From a virus (Duplodnaviria > Caudoviricetes): 64,000 bases of DNA. The stretch lies in IMG/VR virus record IMGVR_UViG_2671180233_000001, positions 1 through 64,000 of that record; one strand, 5' to 3'. The position numbers and the translations under genes were made by a program. Below, piece by piece: positions 9,022 through 19,159 of this stretch (within the stretch, counting starts at the first letter, position 1; each line of letters starts with the position of its first letter). Below the pieces are notes generated by a model. That model did no database searches. It was not told where the DNA came from and saw nothing but the letters and a program-made list of their open reading frames with translations.

Positions 9022-9942
9022 TTATAGTGCTCCCCAAAATTCATTATCTACAGTTGGTAAATTATTATTTTTCAACACAGTATTCAAAAAGTTAACAGCT
9101 TCCTCTCTCAATTTGTTAAGCTTAATTGCTATTTCTGGATCCCTAATTTCAATTACACTGTGATGCTCTTGAATTATTCCTTCTTTAATAGCATTTGTTG
9201 CAATTATTCGAGCTTTTTGCAAGCATTTTTTTGCATGTTTTAATTCATTCGGCAGTGGTGAAGGAACTCTTGCTTGATCGATAGTTTTATTGCCCGAATC
9301 TTTTAGGCAACCTGTTGATATGGCAGCTTGAGTTGCAGCTAAAGCATCTATGAAATCAGTGGCTCTATTTTCTAAATGGAATGGCGTTCTGATTGATGGT
9401 CGATCAAAAGCCATGGAAAGTAATCTTAAGTAATGTTCATCAGAATTATATGAACTGCGATACTTTAATATATTTTCATAATAACGATACATTAAATCTG
9501 GGTAATCATTTAAATATTCAACATAATCTTCCCAAAACCATATTGTAATTTTAATTGATGGATTCGTATCATTAATTTTTCTAACATGTTCTTGTAAATC
9601 TTTATCTCTTGGTCCCGTGGTTGCAATAATGAATCTATCTAATTTAGGTGAGAATTCTTTTACTGCCAAATATTCATTATCTATCTCTTTATTAGTTAAT
9701 GTGTTACAAGGACTATCAGCCCCAGGCTTTAACGTCCATGTACGTTTTTTACATTGGATTCCAGTGAATTCCTTAGAGGTTTTATTACAACCATAAACAT
9801 CTACACCAGCCTGTTTTTGTCCTGATCTGCCGTTTCTTTGGGCATAGTCATCATCCCATCTTTTTTTACATATATCTAATGTGAGCTTTTCAAAATCTTG
9901 CCAATATGCTGGAGGCATAATATCAACAGCAATACTACCCAT
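9022..9942 (-). CDS. Restriction-endonuclease-like PD-(D/E)XK domain protein, candidate defence gene
   Basis: WQDFEKL...GRSGQKQAGVDV...GIQCK nuclease signature; AT-rich. Confidence 0.75.
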   Translation of the reverse strand: MGSIAVDIMPPAYWQDFEKLTLDICKKRWDDDYAQRNGRSGQKQAGVDVYGCNKTSKEFTGIQCKKRTWTLKPGADSPCNTLTNKEIDNEYLAVKEFSPKLDRFIIATTGPRDKDLQEHVRKINDTNPSIKITIWFWEDYVEYLNDYPDLMYRYYENILKYRSSYNSDEHYLRLLSMAFDRPSIRTPFHLENRATDFIDALAATQAAISTGCLKDSGNKTIDQARVPSPLPNELKHAKKCLQKARIIATNAIKEGIIQEHHSVIEIRDPEIAIKLNKLREEAVNFLNTVLKNNNLPTVDNEFWGAL

Positions 9943-10080
9943 AATTAACTCCTTATAACTTTAATATTCTAAAAATCAAATATTTTTTGCAATTGAAACT
10001 TATTTACATTTGACTAGAGTGCATATACGAAAATCTATTCCAACACCTTGAACTTAAGCCGTTTTTGGAACCTGTTAAAA

Positions 10081-10551
10081 TCAATAATCTTTATCATGGT
10101 AACCTCTTGTTGAAAAGGGCATAGGTAATTCCTTATCTTCATCAGTTGGATTTATTACATAGTATTTTTTGCATGCATTGCACCACCAATAATTTGCATC
10201 ATAATAATCTGGCAACTGGTGGGTCATTAATGTTTTGCATGTAGGGCAGAACGCATTGCCATCCTGATCATAATAGACGCAGTTTTTAATAGTGAGATTA
10301 TTTAATGGTTCATATTTGGGTTGCACTTTTTGGATATCTAATAAGTCTTTATCTTTGTTTTCACCTCGCTTCTTCAAAAGAAGAAGGAGAGTCTTTGCGA
10401 GAAGAAGTAATGATATCAACCATAATGCTAATAACCCTTTGTACGATAGCCAATGCGATAGTGCCACTACTGTGGAATCCTGATCCAAGCCAAAACCCCA
10501 TACAAGTAATCCGACAACAAAACCTGATAATCCAAGGTCTTTTAATGACAT
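10081..10551 (-). CDS. Two-TM membrane protein with C-terminal zinc ribbon
   Basis: Two hydrophobic helices, then CPTC...CNAC. Confidence 0.7.
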   Translation of the reverse strand: MSLKDLGLSGFVVGLLVWGFGLDQDSTVVALSHWLSYKGLLALWLISLLLLAKTLLLLLKKRGENKDKDLLDIQKVQPKYEPLNNLTIKNCVYYDQDGNAFCPTCKTLMTHQLPDYYDANYWWCNACKKYYVINPTDEDKELPMPFSTRGYHDKDY

Positions 10552-10737
10552 TATTCACTCCTATGGTGTTAATACTTTTAAAGAAAAATAAAAATTAATC
10601 ACAAATTAATTTTTAAAAAGTCAACCAATTTATTGATGTAGAACTTTAATCATACTGAAAATAGTATGATATTTATTGCAATTGATTTGCATTTACAAAT
10701 TTACATAATATCTTAGACTTAATCTAAAACTTTGAAG

Positions 10738-11124
10738 TTACGCCGTTTTTTGTGCTTCATCATCTGATGAATTTAATTTCTCAAACTTAGAAATGGAAAA
10801 TTCAATAAAGCCTGTAGCTTCCGAGTCTAGTTTTTGGATTTGATCCATGGATATTTTTTTTTCATGAATCAAACTATCCAATTTTCTTAAAGTTTCTTTT
10901 GTTTTTTTCATGTAAGTATCCTCGTAGCCAAAAAGAAGATAATCAGCAGATACATTATAGTAGCGAGCAAGTAAGCTTAAAGCTTTGGCTTTTGGTTCGC
11001 TATAATCTGTTTCCCAGTAATGCACAGTCGCTTTGGAAGAGTTGTCAGCAATTTTACCTACTTGTTGTAGTGTCAGTTTTTGCTCGTCTCTCAACCGTTT
11101 TAATCTAGTTCCTAATGTTTCCAT
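10738..11124 (-). CDS. cI: CI-like XRE repressor without an S24 peptidase domain
   Basis: LGTRLKRLR...TVHYWE...YYNVSADYLLFG HTH; divergent from cro; start taken at METLG. Confidence 0.85.
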   Translation of the reverse strand: METLGTRLKRLRDEQKLTLQQVGKIADNSSKATVHYWETDYSEPKAKALSLLARYYNVSADYLLFGYEDTYMKKTKETLRKLDSLIHEKKISMDQIQKLDSEATGFIEFSISKFEKLNSSDDEAQKTA

Positions 11125-11148
11125 TGTTAATTCAACTTTATTTTTTAG

Positions 11149-11214
11149 GTTCAATTATTTTAACTATTGACTAGTTCAATGTATTTAAACTAATATTGGT
11201 TCAATATATTGAAC
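11149..11214. promoter_or_regulatory. OR operators (11149-11164, 11174-11190, 11199-11214) overlapping a PR-like promoter (TTGACT 11167, TAATAT 11191)
   Basis: GTTCAAT-N2/3-ATT(G/T)AAC; the third copy GTTCAATATATTGAAC is a perfect palindrome. Confidence 0.85.
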
Positions 11215-11227
11215 ATGTGGCGACTAA

Positions 11228-11410
11228 ATGGACATTGCAGCAATTTGTCTAAAGCTAGGGTGCAATCAAACCGAATTGGCCCTAAAACTTGGTGTAGAAA
11301 AATCTCTAATTAGTATGTGGAAAACAGGACGAATAGAAGTTTCGTTATCTCGCCAATACCAAATTCGAGATCTTCTAGATGGTAAAGAACCTATCAAAAA
11401 ATCAAACTGA
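11228..11410 (+). CDS. cro: Cro-like protein
   Basis: NQTELALKLGVEKSLISMW HTH; divergent from cI. Confidence 0.85.
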   Translation: MDIAAICLKLGCNQTELALKLGVEKSLISMWKTGRIEVSLSRQYQIRDLLDGKEPIKKSN

Positions 11411-11512
11411 CTTATTTTAAGTATTTTTTTATTAGCCAAATTTTTGTACTGCATTCCATGGATACAGAGCAAATCTAAAAAGCAGCTATCAATTCCTTTA
11501 GGAAAAAATCTA

Positions 11513-11845
11513 ATGTCCGAAAAACTAACCGAGAGCATTACACATAAGTGTACTGATGAAGAAAAACGAAAACTTGAAGCGATAGCACGATCAAGAAAAA
11601 TGTCGTTATCTGAATTGGTGCGGTTTGTATGCATTGAAGAAATCTCCGAGGTAGAAGCGTTACTCAATTGTCTACAAACTGAGTTCGATCTTACCAGAGA
11701 TACCGTAGATACCTGTATTGATGTGACACCTGAATTTGCACTGGAATTAGTATCAAATCCAGAACCACACTTTTCACAAGCACAAAAAAAGCTCAGTTGT
11801 TACGACCAACTGAGCATTTTTGTCCCATCAACTAAAAGCCAATGA
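11513..11845 (+). CDS. CII-position regulator (ribbon-helix-helix-like)
   Basis: Follows cro; ITHKCT.EEK..LEAIA......SELVR pattern. Confidence 0.55.
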   Translation: MSEKLTESITHKCTDEEKRKLEAIARSRKMSLSELVRFVCIEEISEVEALLNCLQTEFDLTRDTVDTCIDVTPEFALELVSNPEPHFSQAQKKLSCYDQLSIFVPSTKSQ

Positions 11846-11857
11846 GAGATAACGAAC

Positions 11858-12184
11858 ATGACTAATTTAACAGAACATAAAAGTGCAGGCAAGTGCCCTG
11901 AATATCGTGATGAGCAATGCAAGCATTGTTTAATTGATCATTCCGTGCAACAGCACGAGATGATCACAGATAGTCCATTGGATAGAATAGAAGCTTGTTA
12001 CATTCAGAAGAAAAAACAAGTTGAACTACTGCAAACGGAAGTTACTCGTCTTAATGACAAAATTATGCAACTCGAAGATGAAAATGCACGATTGCAAAAA
12101 ATCATCGCATTACATCATGAATCTGCAATACAAGAAGCTGAACGAGTCCAAGAAATCCATGCTTTGTTTGTGGAGAATTTATGA
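11858..12184 (+). CDS. Hypothetical coiled-coil protein
   Basis: ORF coupled to the next gene. Confidence 0.6.
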   Translation: MTNLTEHKSAGKCPEYRDEQCKHCLIDHSVQQHEMITDSPLDRIEACYIQKKKQVELLQTEVTRLNDKIMQLEDENARLQKIIALHHESAIQEAERVQEIHALFVENL

Positions 12185-12750
12185 TGGAAAAATTCTCTCT
12201 CAAAAATATTGGCAAGTACCAGGACGATTGGGCGTTAGTTTATCTTGATCCAGATAATACTTATTCGGACTGTGGTGGTCGCATTACAGTGATATTAGGT
12301 GATTACGTTGGTACAGCTTTCTTTGGCCACTGTGGAACCAAAACATTTAAAGAGTTTATAGCTCAAACTAATCCATCTTATCTGATTAACAAAATGTTTA
12401 ATGGTCATAACAGTATTGATGAAGATGTATTTATTGAAAGTGGAGATGAAATTCTTAAGCGCATCTACATTAAAAAAGATGTCATTAAAGAGTTGCGCGA
12501 ATATAGAGACGAAAGGGTATCAAAAGATGCTTTAAGAAGCTTGTATAACGCACTTTTTGATCAAGAGTTTAATCACCTTGAAGGACTATATCGTCACTTG
12601 GATTCAGGTGAACAAAACACATTAGATGCTTTATATGGTGAGGAGTGGAGTTGGGGTGATTCGTTAAAGAAATCTAACCCATGCTACGAATATGTCGAAT
12701 CAATGATTCAGGCTGTGATTAATCATTTTAAAGATGAGGTGGCAGCATGA
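12181..12750 (+). CDS. Hypothetical phage protein
   Basis: ATGA-coupled ORF. Confidence 0.65.
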   Translation: MMEKFSLKNIGKYQDDWALVYLDPDNTYSDCGGRITVILGDYVGTAFFGHCGTKTFKEFIAQTNPSYLINKMFNGHNSIDEDVFIESGDEILKRIYIKKDVIKELREYRDERVSKDALRSLYNALFDQEFNHLEGLYRHLDSGEQNTLDALYGEEWSWGDSLKKSNPCYEYVESMIQAVINHFKDEVAA

Positions 12751-13349
12751 AAGAACGCCCAATCCTTTTTTCTACACCGATGGTCAGAGCGATTTTAGAA
12801 GGTCGTAAGACGCAGACTAGGCGAGTTTTAAATTGTGATCATCCTGTGGTTACAGGTTTTATCCCAAATGGAACACATTATTGGCAAGGTACAGCAATAA
12901 GTAAAGCGGTTGAACAGCAATACATATCAACATTTCCAAGAGTAGTGAAATGTCCATTCGGGGCGGTTGGAGATCGCTTATATGTTAGGGAGACATGGTC
13001 TACTCACGCTTGCTTTGATGATATTTTACCAAGAAATATACCTGTACGTTCAATCCATTACTGGGCTGACGGCGAAGTTAAAACTGGGAAGAAACGCTCG
13101 TCAATCCACATGCCACAATGGGCATCCCGCATTCTTTTAGAAATCACAAATATTCGTGTTGAACGATTGAATGATATTTCAGAAGCGGATGCGGTGGCTG
13201 AGGGCATGATTGCTGATGATGATTACTGTGCCGAAGAATATTTTTCAATGCTTTGGAACGAAATAAATGGGTGGAAAGAAAAAGGTTGGAATGCAAACCC
13301 ATGGGTTTGGTGCATCACATTCAAAGTGATTGAAGGCGGTGCAACATGA
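12747..13349 (+). CDS. ASCH/PUA-like conserved phage protein
   Basis: MKERPILFS..MVRAIL.GRKTQTRR, GDRLYVRETW, SIHMP and NPWVW motifs. Confidence 0.8.
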   Translation: MKERPILFSTPMVRAILEGRKTQTRRVLNCDHPVVTGFIPNGTHYWQGTAISKAVEQQYISTFPRVVKCPFGAVGDRLYVRETWSTHACFDDILPRNIPVRSIHYWADGEVKTGKKRSSIHMPQWASRILLEITNIRVERLNDISEADAVAEGMIADDDYCAEEYFSMLWNEINGWKEKGWNANPWVWCITFKVIEGGAT

Positions 13350-13732
13350 TCACTCTCAATACTTTAAAAAATCCGCTTGACTGGGACATAACAAATTTTC
13401 CAATTACCGAACTTGAAGGTTTTTCAGAAGTCAAACCACGGCCAGTTATAAAGCCAGTCCTGCGAAAGAAAAAAATTCATCGGCTCAATTCATATGATAT
13501 TCATCGTCTGAATGTCATTAAACAATTTTGTGATGCAAAACCAGAACGGGCGCAAAAACTTTCATTTGCCTTGGGTAGACCAGGCTATATCGAAAGTTTG
13601 CTTAAACATCAAAAATCCATAGATCTTGCCTCATGGAACATCATAAGAGATGAGATGAAGGTCATTGAGCGTTCAGAAAAACTTAAATCAATTGTTGAAA
13701 AACACTGCGGAGATAACTATGTCGAAGCTTAA
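13346..13732 (+). CDS. Hypothetical phage protein
   Basis: ATGA-coupled ORF. Confidence 0.6.
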   Translation: MITLNTLKNPLDWDITNFPITELEGFSEVKPRPVIKPVLRKKKIHRLNSYDIHRLNVIKQFCDAKPERAQKLSFALGRPGYIESLLKHQKSIDLASWNIIRDEMKVIERSEKLKSIVEKHCGDNYVEA

Positions 13733-14447
13733 AAAACGTAATAAAAAATTTAATCCAAACAAATTAGCACCGAGTAAAGTACGCGAGTTACAGCAACTTG
13801 CTGAATATCGCAAAGATATTAAATACTCATATGAAATGAGTATGAAATTTATTTCTGTAGATGTAAGGGATTATATCGAAGATAAAAAAATTCAGGAAAA
13901 GGCTTTAGTTGATCGTTTTCCTGAGGCTGGGACATTACCACATCATTTTGTAATCGGTGCTTATGGTTATCAAGATCTTGCTATTGCGTTGGTACTGGGA
14001 CATTTGAAAGATCCGGAACAGTGGAATATTGATCTTTCTATCACTTTGTATGATACGACAGGGATTGATGATCGAATATTTACTGTAAATATTCCATTTA
14101 CTGCACCTTGCATGTCTCATTACGAGCTATGGAAAGGTAAAAAGGATTGTTATATCAGCCGTGGTAATGGCCTAAAAACTAAAGGTTGGGATGGTTTGGA
14201 TAATGAAATTATAAAACAACTCGAAGATACCAAAGAAATCCCGGACAGTTTTGGCATTGAAAAAATTGAAGTCGAAATAAAGGTTGATGCCAAATTTTCA
14301 AAAGTAGCAGCATATCGTGAGTTCCTCGCAGTAGCTGAATGGGTCAATACCGGTGTTGCTGAAGATCAATTAAGGAAACTTTGGATTGCTGAACAAGTTG
14401 TGGACTCTCAGGCTAAAAGCTTTGGTATTGGGGAGGAAGCGGCATGA
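13719..14447 (+). CDS. Hypothetical phage protein
   Basis: GGAG SD before ATG 13719; coupled to the next gene. Confidence 0.65.
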   Translation: MSKLKKRNKKFNPNKLAPSKVRELQQLAEYRKDIKYSYEMSMKFISVDVRDYIEDKKIQEKALVDRFPEAGTLPHHFVIGAYGYQDLAIALVLGHLKDPEQWNIDLSITLYDTTGIDDRIFTVNIPFTAPCMSHYELWKGKKDCYISRGNGLKTKGWDGLDNEIIKQLEDTKEIPDSFGIEKIEVEIKVDAKFSKVAAYREFLAVAEWVNTGVAEDQLRKLWIAEQVVDSQAKSFGIGEEAA

Positions 14448-15307
14448 AATGGAAACATAATGAACTTGCACACGACCTCGCACAGCATTTGCAAAACTCA
14501 ACTGATCGAGTTGTATGGGAAGATATGCAACTTGGACCAGCGGGTTCTCCACGTCCAGATGTGTACACAATTCCAAAGTCATACACAAAATTTTGTCCTA
14601 TAGCTTATGAGTGCAAAATTTCTGTATCTGATTTTAGGTCTGACATCACAAAAGGCAAGTGGTCAAGCTATTTAAAATATTCTAGTGGTGTGATTTTTGC
14701 TGTACCCAAAGGTTTAATCACAAAAGATGATGTGTCAAAAGGCTGTGGGTTGATTGTTCGTAGTGAAAATGTGTGGCGAATGGTCAAGGGCCCTACATTA
14801 TTACCCTTACAGGACTTACCACGGGAAGCATGGCTGAAACTTGTTATTGATGGTGTGGATCGGTCGATTCGTGAATATAACACCAATCGTTTTTATCAAA
14901 ATGATGTTCATGACAAAATTGCGAAAGAATATGGTGAGCAATTAGCAATCGCTCTGGCTAATCGTGATACTGCACAACGTCATTTAGAACAAAAAACAGA
15001 TAACTTAAAGCAGAAAAATAAAGAACTTGATTTGGTGCGTGCTATCGAAGATGCACGTGAAGAAAAAGAGTATTTATTAAAACTTCGGACTGAGTTATGT
15101 GAACAACTTGGGTTGAAGCCTAATTCTCATCAATATGCAATTCAAACTGCATTGCGTAACAAGCTGAACCTACTTAACAGTGATGAAAATTATCTGAGAA
15201 GCCAACATGTTGTTGGAAACCTTTTAAGAGATATGGAACAGCAGGTCAAAAGCTTAAAAGAAGTTGCGGCTCCTTTGTTTGAGATAAAACAGGGGGATTT
15301 GGCATGA
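14444..15307 (+). CDS. MmcB-like PD-(D/E)XK nuclease with coiled-coil C-terminus
   Basis: RPDV...YECKISVSDFRSD...KW..YL motif. Confidence 0.7.
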   Translation: MKWKHNELAHDLAQHLQNSTDRVVWEDMQLGPAGSPRPDVYTIPKSYTKFCPIAYECKISVSDFRSDITKGKWSSYLKYSSGVIFAVPKGLITKDDVSKGCGLIVRSENVWRMVKGPTLLPLQDLPREAWLKLVIDGVDRSIREYNTNRFYQNDVHDKIAKEYGEQLAIALANRDTAQRHLEQKTDNLKQKNKELDLVRAIEDAREEKEYLLKLRTELCEQLGLKPNSHQYAIQTALRNKLNLLNSDENYLRSQHVVGNLLRDMEQQVKSLKEVAAPLFEIKQGDLA

Positions 15308-16347
15308 ATCAAATTTATTTTGGCGACTGCCGCCAGACCATGCAACAGCTTATTGAACAGGGCACCAAGGTTCAGATGTGTGTCACATCACCTCCATATT
15401 TTGGCTTACGTGACTACGGTGTTAATGGTCAACTCGGTTTAGAAGATACAATTGATGAATATATCCAGAACATGGTTGAAGTTTTTCGTCTAGTACGAGA
15501 GCTGCTGCATGATGATGGGACACTTTGGTTAAATCTTGGTGACAGTTATGCTGGTTCTGGTCGTGGCATGACTCGGACAGGCTTAAATGATGGTAAAAAT
15601 CCAAAAACGAAGGGATTAATTTTACCCAAACAAAATGCTAGCCAATCTAATTTAAAACCAAAAGATTTGATAGGCATTCCTTGGCGTGTGGCATTCGCAT
15701 TGCAAGCCGATGGCTGGTACCTGCGCCAAGACATTATCTGGCACAAACCCAATCCCATGCCTGAAAGCATCACAGATCGATGCACAAAAGCACATGAATA
15801 TATTTTCTTATTCAGTAAATCTCGTCGTTATTATTTTGATCATGAAGCGATTAAAGAACCTGTTGCTGAAAGTTCGCTAAAACGTTTGTCTCAAGACCTT
15901 GAAGAACAAGGAGGTAGTCATATAGCAGTAGGTAAACACAACGGCACGATGAAAGCTGTTTGCTCGAGATCTTCACGAGATAATTTCAAGCGTAAAAACA
16001 GTAAAAGAGCTGCTGTTATACCCAATCAGAGCACTGGTACACATCGATTACAGCGACCAGACAGTGAATATGACCTACTCACCAGAAATAAGCGCAGTGT
16101 TTGGCAAGTAGCGACAAAACCTTATAAGGGCGCACATTTTGCGACTTTCCCGCCTGATCTAATAGAACCATGCATTCTTGCAGGATCTCGAGTCAATGAT
16201 GTTGTTTTTGATCCTTTCATGGGATCCGGAACAACTGCTGCAACCGCCCTTAAACATGATCGCAACTATCTAGGATGTGAACTAAATCCAGATTATGAGC
16301 ATCTTCAAAAGCTGAGAATTGAGAAAATTTGTGGGGTGAGCGCATGA
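15304..16347 (+). CDS. Beta-class amino-DNA methyltransferase (SPPY suggests N4-cytosine)
   Basis: VTSPPY precedes DPFMGSGTT. Confidence 0.92.
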   Translation: MNQIYFGDCRQTMQQLIEQGTKVQMCVTSPPYFGLRDYGVNGQLGLEDTIDEYIQNMVEVFRLVRELLHDDGTLWLNLGDSYAGSGRGMTRTGLNDGKNPKTKGLILPKQNASQSNLKPKDLIGIPWRVAFALQADGWYLRQDIIWHKPNPMPESITDRCTKAHEYIFLFSKSRRYYFDHEAIKEPVAESSLKRLSQDLEEQGGSHIAVGKHNGTMKAVCSRSSRDNFKRKNSKRAAVIPNQSTGTHRLQRPDSEYDLLTRNKRSVWQVATKPYKGAHFATFPPDLIEPCILAGSRVNDVVFDPFMGSGTTAATALKHDRNYLGCELNPDYEHLQKLRIEKICGVSA

Positions 16348-17807
16348 ACTTATTACCACACGAATTGATCATAGACAATTTTGCCGGAGGCGGTGGTACA
16401 TCTACTGGACTAGAAAAAGCTTTTGGTCGTGCAGTTGATATTGCCATAAATCATGATCCTAAAGCTCTGGCAATGCATCGAGCAAATCATCCTAATACAC
16501 ATCACTATTGCGAGAACGTATGGGATGTAGACCCTATTAAGGTTACAAACAATCAGCCTGTGGGTTTGGTTTGGCTTTCACCTGACTGTAAGCATTTTTC
16601 AAAAGCCAAAGGTGGAAAACCAGTTGAGAAAAAAATCCGTGGATTAGCATGGATTGCGCTTCGTTGGGCGGATTTAACACGTCCACGTGTAATCATGCTT
16701 GAAAATGTTGAAGAATTTAAGACATGGGGACGTGTGGGGCACGACGGAAAACCAGATCCGAAATATAAAGGTGAAACATTTCGTTCATTTATAAGAGCAC
16801 TAAGACACCAGGGTTATGACGTTGAATGGCGTGTAATGAAAGCATGTGACTATGGTTCACCGACAATTCGTAGAAGATTTTTCTTGGTTGCTCGTCGTGA
16901 TGGTTTAGCTATTCAGTGGCCAAGACCAACACATGCAGATCCACAATCAAAAGCAGTCAAGTCTGGGAAACTTTTACCATGGCGTACTGCCGCTGAATGT
17001 GTTGATTGGTCAATACCATGTCCAAGTATATTTACACGTAAAAAACCTTTAGTTGAGGCAACTTGCCGCCGTATTGCAAATGGGCTCATGCGTTATGTGA
17101 TTAACAATCCAGAACCGTTCATTGTTCCAGTAAGTGCAGCTAATGATGTTGCACCAGTTTTAACAGAGTGTGCAAATACATCATCACCACGATCTATGCC
17201 AATTGACGAACCGTTACGAACTATTTGTGCTGGAGTAAAGGGTGGTCATCATGCCTTAGTCACAGCATTTATTGCAAAGCACTATACAGGAGTAATTGGT
17301 AGCGATATTCGAGAGCCAATCCATACGATTACTGCAAAAGATCACAATAGCATTGTTGTCGGCAATGTAGTCAAGTTGAGAAATAATAATATCGGTCAAG
17401 CTGAGAATGAGCCATTACATACAATTACATCTAGTGGAGCCCACTTTGCTCAAGTCCAAGCTTTTCTAACTGCGTTCTATGGCAATGAAAAAGATGGTAA
17501 TGACATAGCGCAACCGCTACGCACAATATCTACTCGTGATCGATTTGGATTAGTGATGGTAAAAGGTCAGCTTTATCAAATTAATGACATAGGATTTCGT
17601 ATGTGGCAACCGCATGAGTTGTTTGCGGCACAAGGGTTTCCATCAACATACATCATTGAATATGGGATCGACGAAAATGGAAATACCTTCAAACTAACTA
17701 AAACAGAACAGTGTCGAATGGTAGGTAACTCAGTTCCACCTCAATTCTCAGAATCACTTGTACGTGCCAACTTCAAACACGAATTGAAATTTCAGGGGGC
17801 AGCATGA
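16344..17807 (+). CDS. C5-cytosine DNA methyltransferase
   Basis: FAGGGG, SPDC, ENV, RRRFF and GNSV motifs; internal repeated PL.TI units. Confidence 0.92.
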   Translation: MNLLPHELIIDNFAGGGGTSTGLEKAFGRAVDIAINHDPKALAMHRANHPNTHHYCENVWDVDPIKVTNNQPVGLVWLSPDCKHFSKAKGGKPVEKKIRGLAWIALRWADLTRPRVIMLENVEEFKTWGRVGHDGKPDPKYKGETFRSFIRALRHQGYDVEWRVMKACDYGSPTIRRRFFLVARRDGLAIQWPRPTHADPQSKAVKSGKLLPWRTAAECVDWSIPCPSIFTRKKPLVEATCRRIANGLMRYVINNPEPFIVPVSAANDVAPVLTECANTSSPRSMPIDEPLRTICAGVKGGHHALVTAFIAKHYTGVIGSDIREPIHTITAKDHNSIVVGNVVKLRNNNIGQAENEPLHTITSSGAHFAQVQAFLTAFYGNEKDGNDIAQPLRTISTRDRFGLVMVKGQLYQINDIGFRMWQPHELFAAQGFPSTYIIEYGIDENGNTFKLTKTEQCRMVGNSVPPQFSESLVRANFKHELKFQGAA

Positions 17808-18109
17808 TCACCGGTGTAGCAGTGAAAGCCGGGGAGCTGATGGTTGCTCTCCCACGACCCAATCGCCATACAGATTGTATCAATATCATTCTGTCACTTG
17901 GTTTGGTACCAGATATTCAAAACCAGTGGGGAAAATCACTTCATCAGGGTTTCTATGATGAAAACGGCAAATTCTATACCCGTCCAGAAGCAGCATTACA
18001 TGCAATTGAATGCGGTCAGGATAAATGGACTGAAAATGATTTAGAACTCATAGCACTGGGCGAGATGAAATTTTCTCGCTTGGGGATATGCAGTGAAGAT
18101 TTGTGGTGA
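17804..18109 (+). CDS. Conserved hypothetical phage protein
   Basis: QGF.DE.G.FY.R.EA...A...GQ...SEDLW pattern. Confidence 0.65.
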   Translation: MITGVAVKAGELMVALPRPNRHTDCINIILSLGLVPDIQNQWGKSLHQGFYDENGKFYTRPEAALHAIECGQDKWTENDLELIALGEMKFSRLGICSEDLW

Positions 18110-18115
18110 GGTGGT

Positions 18116-19159
18116 ATGAGTAATTTAATAGGTCCACTTACACCTAAGGAGTGTGATGTTTCTAATTTCCCATTTATGCCATTAGATATAGATAGGTTAT
18201 TAAATTCTGAAACATGGATTCTTGGTGATGATTCAGAAAAAGTTGCATCAATGACTTTGTGGCTTAAAAGCTGGCATCAGATTCCTGCTGCTAGTATTCC
18301 TAATAATGACAAGATGCTTGCTCATTTATCTGGAATGGGGACGAAGTGGAAAAAGGTTAAGGAACATGCATTGCGTGGCTGGGTTGATGGTGGAGATGGT
18401 CGTTTATACCATCCGGTTGTTGCAGAGAAAGCATTGGAAGCATGGATTGAAAAGCTTGCCAGTGCAATATCTGGCGCACAAGGTAATGCTAAACGCTGGC
18501 AAATAGAGATCAATACTTCTGATTTGCAAAATCAGCTATGCGATGCAGTTTACAGACTAAAAAATATCGCCCCCCAATCCAAAGCACTAACAAAGAAAAT
18601 TGCCAAAATTATCGAATCCCAATCGCAACCCGTATCGGGGGGCGATAGCAACCCCAATCAGGTCGGGATCGCAACAGATAAGACACAGAATAGAATAGAT
18701 AATAGTAGTAGTGGTAGTAATGCGGGCGAGGAAAATTTCACACCGCAGCAAGACGTGATTGCTGGATATGCTGTTTACCAGATGCAAGATCACGGTTTGT
18801 ACTCACTGATGGAGCTTGAGCAAAAATATCCTGCATTGCAGCAGAATTTTATTGATCAAGCCAAAGCATCGTATAAATCACATACGTTGAATATGAATCA
18901 ATATCTTGAATTATTTACAGAATTACGAAAATGGTCGCTTACAAAATCAATCGGTCAAACACCGCAGAAATGGATTAATTCATGGTTAACCATTGTGAAA
19001 AACAATGCTCATGAATTTGATAAATCTACTGAAAAACCATCACATTTCAAAAACTCTCGACAACCTGAAAAACCAAAGCATAAATACGGCACAGGCGTTG
19101 TAACCTCAGCACCTGATCAAAATCAAATGCGTGATGTAAGTGAGGTGGATCATGAGTAA
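18116..19159 (+). CDS. Replication initiator (DUF1376/YdaU-like)
   Basis: FMPLDIDRL, SWHQ.PAAS.P and DGRLYHP motifs; internal iteron-like repeats. Confidence 0.75.
   Translation: MSNLIGPLTPKECDVSNFPFMPLDIDRLLNSETWILGDDSEKVASMTLWLKSWHQIPAASIPNNDKMLAHLSGMGTKWKKVKEHALRGWVDGGDGRLYHPVVAEKALEAWIEKLASAISGAQGNAKRWQIEINTSDLQNQLCDAVYRLKNIAPQSKALTKKIAKIIESQSQPVSGGDSNPNQVGIATDKTQNRIDNSSSGSNAGEENFTPQQDVIAGYAVYQMQDHGLYSLMELEQKYPALQQNFIDQAKASYKSHTLNMNQYLELFTELRKWSLTKSIGQTPQKWINSWLTIVKNNAHEFDKSTEKPSHFKNSRQPEKPKHKYGTGVVTSAPDQNQMRDVSEVDHE
18565..18680. repeat. Putative replication origin iterons inside the initiator gene
   Basis: AATCGCAACCC, GATAGCAACCC and GATCGCAACAG at ~23-bp spacing; repeated CCCAATC. 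Confidence 0.55.

Noticed and set aside
10066-10105. TGGAAC near the immunity region
   Set aside because: Spacing to TAACCT is 28 nt and it points antisense into a gene with no downstream late ORF
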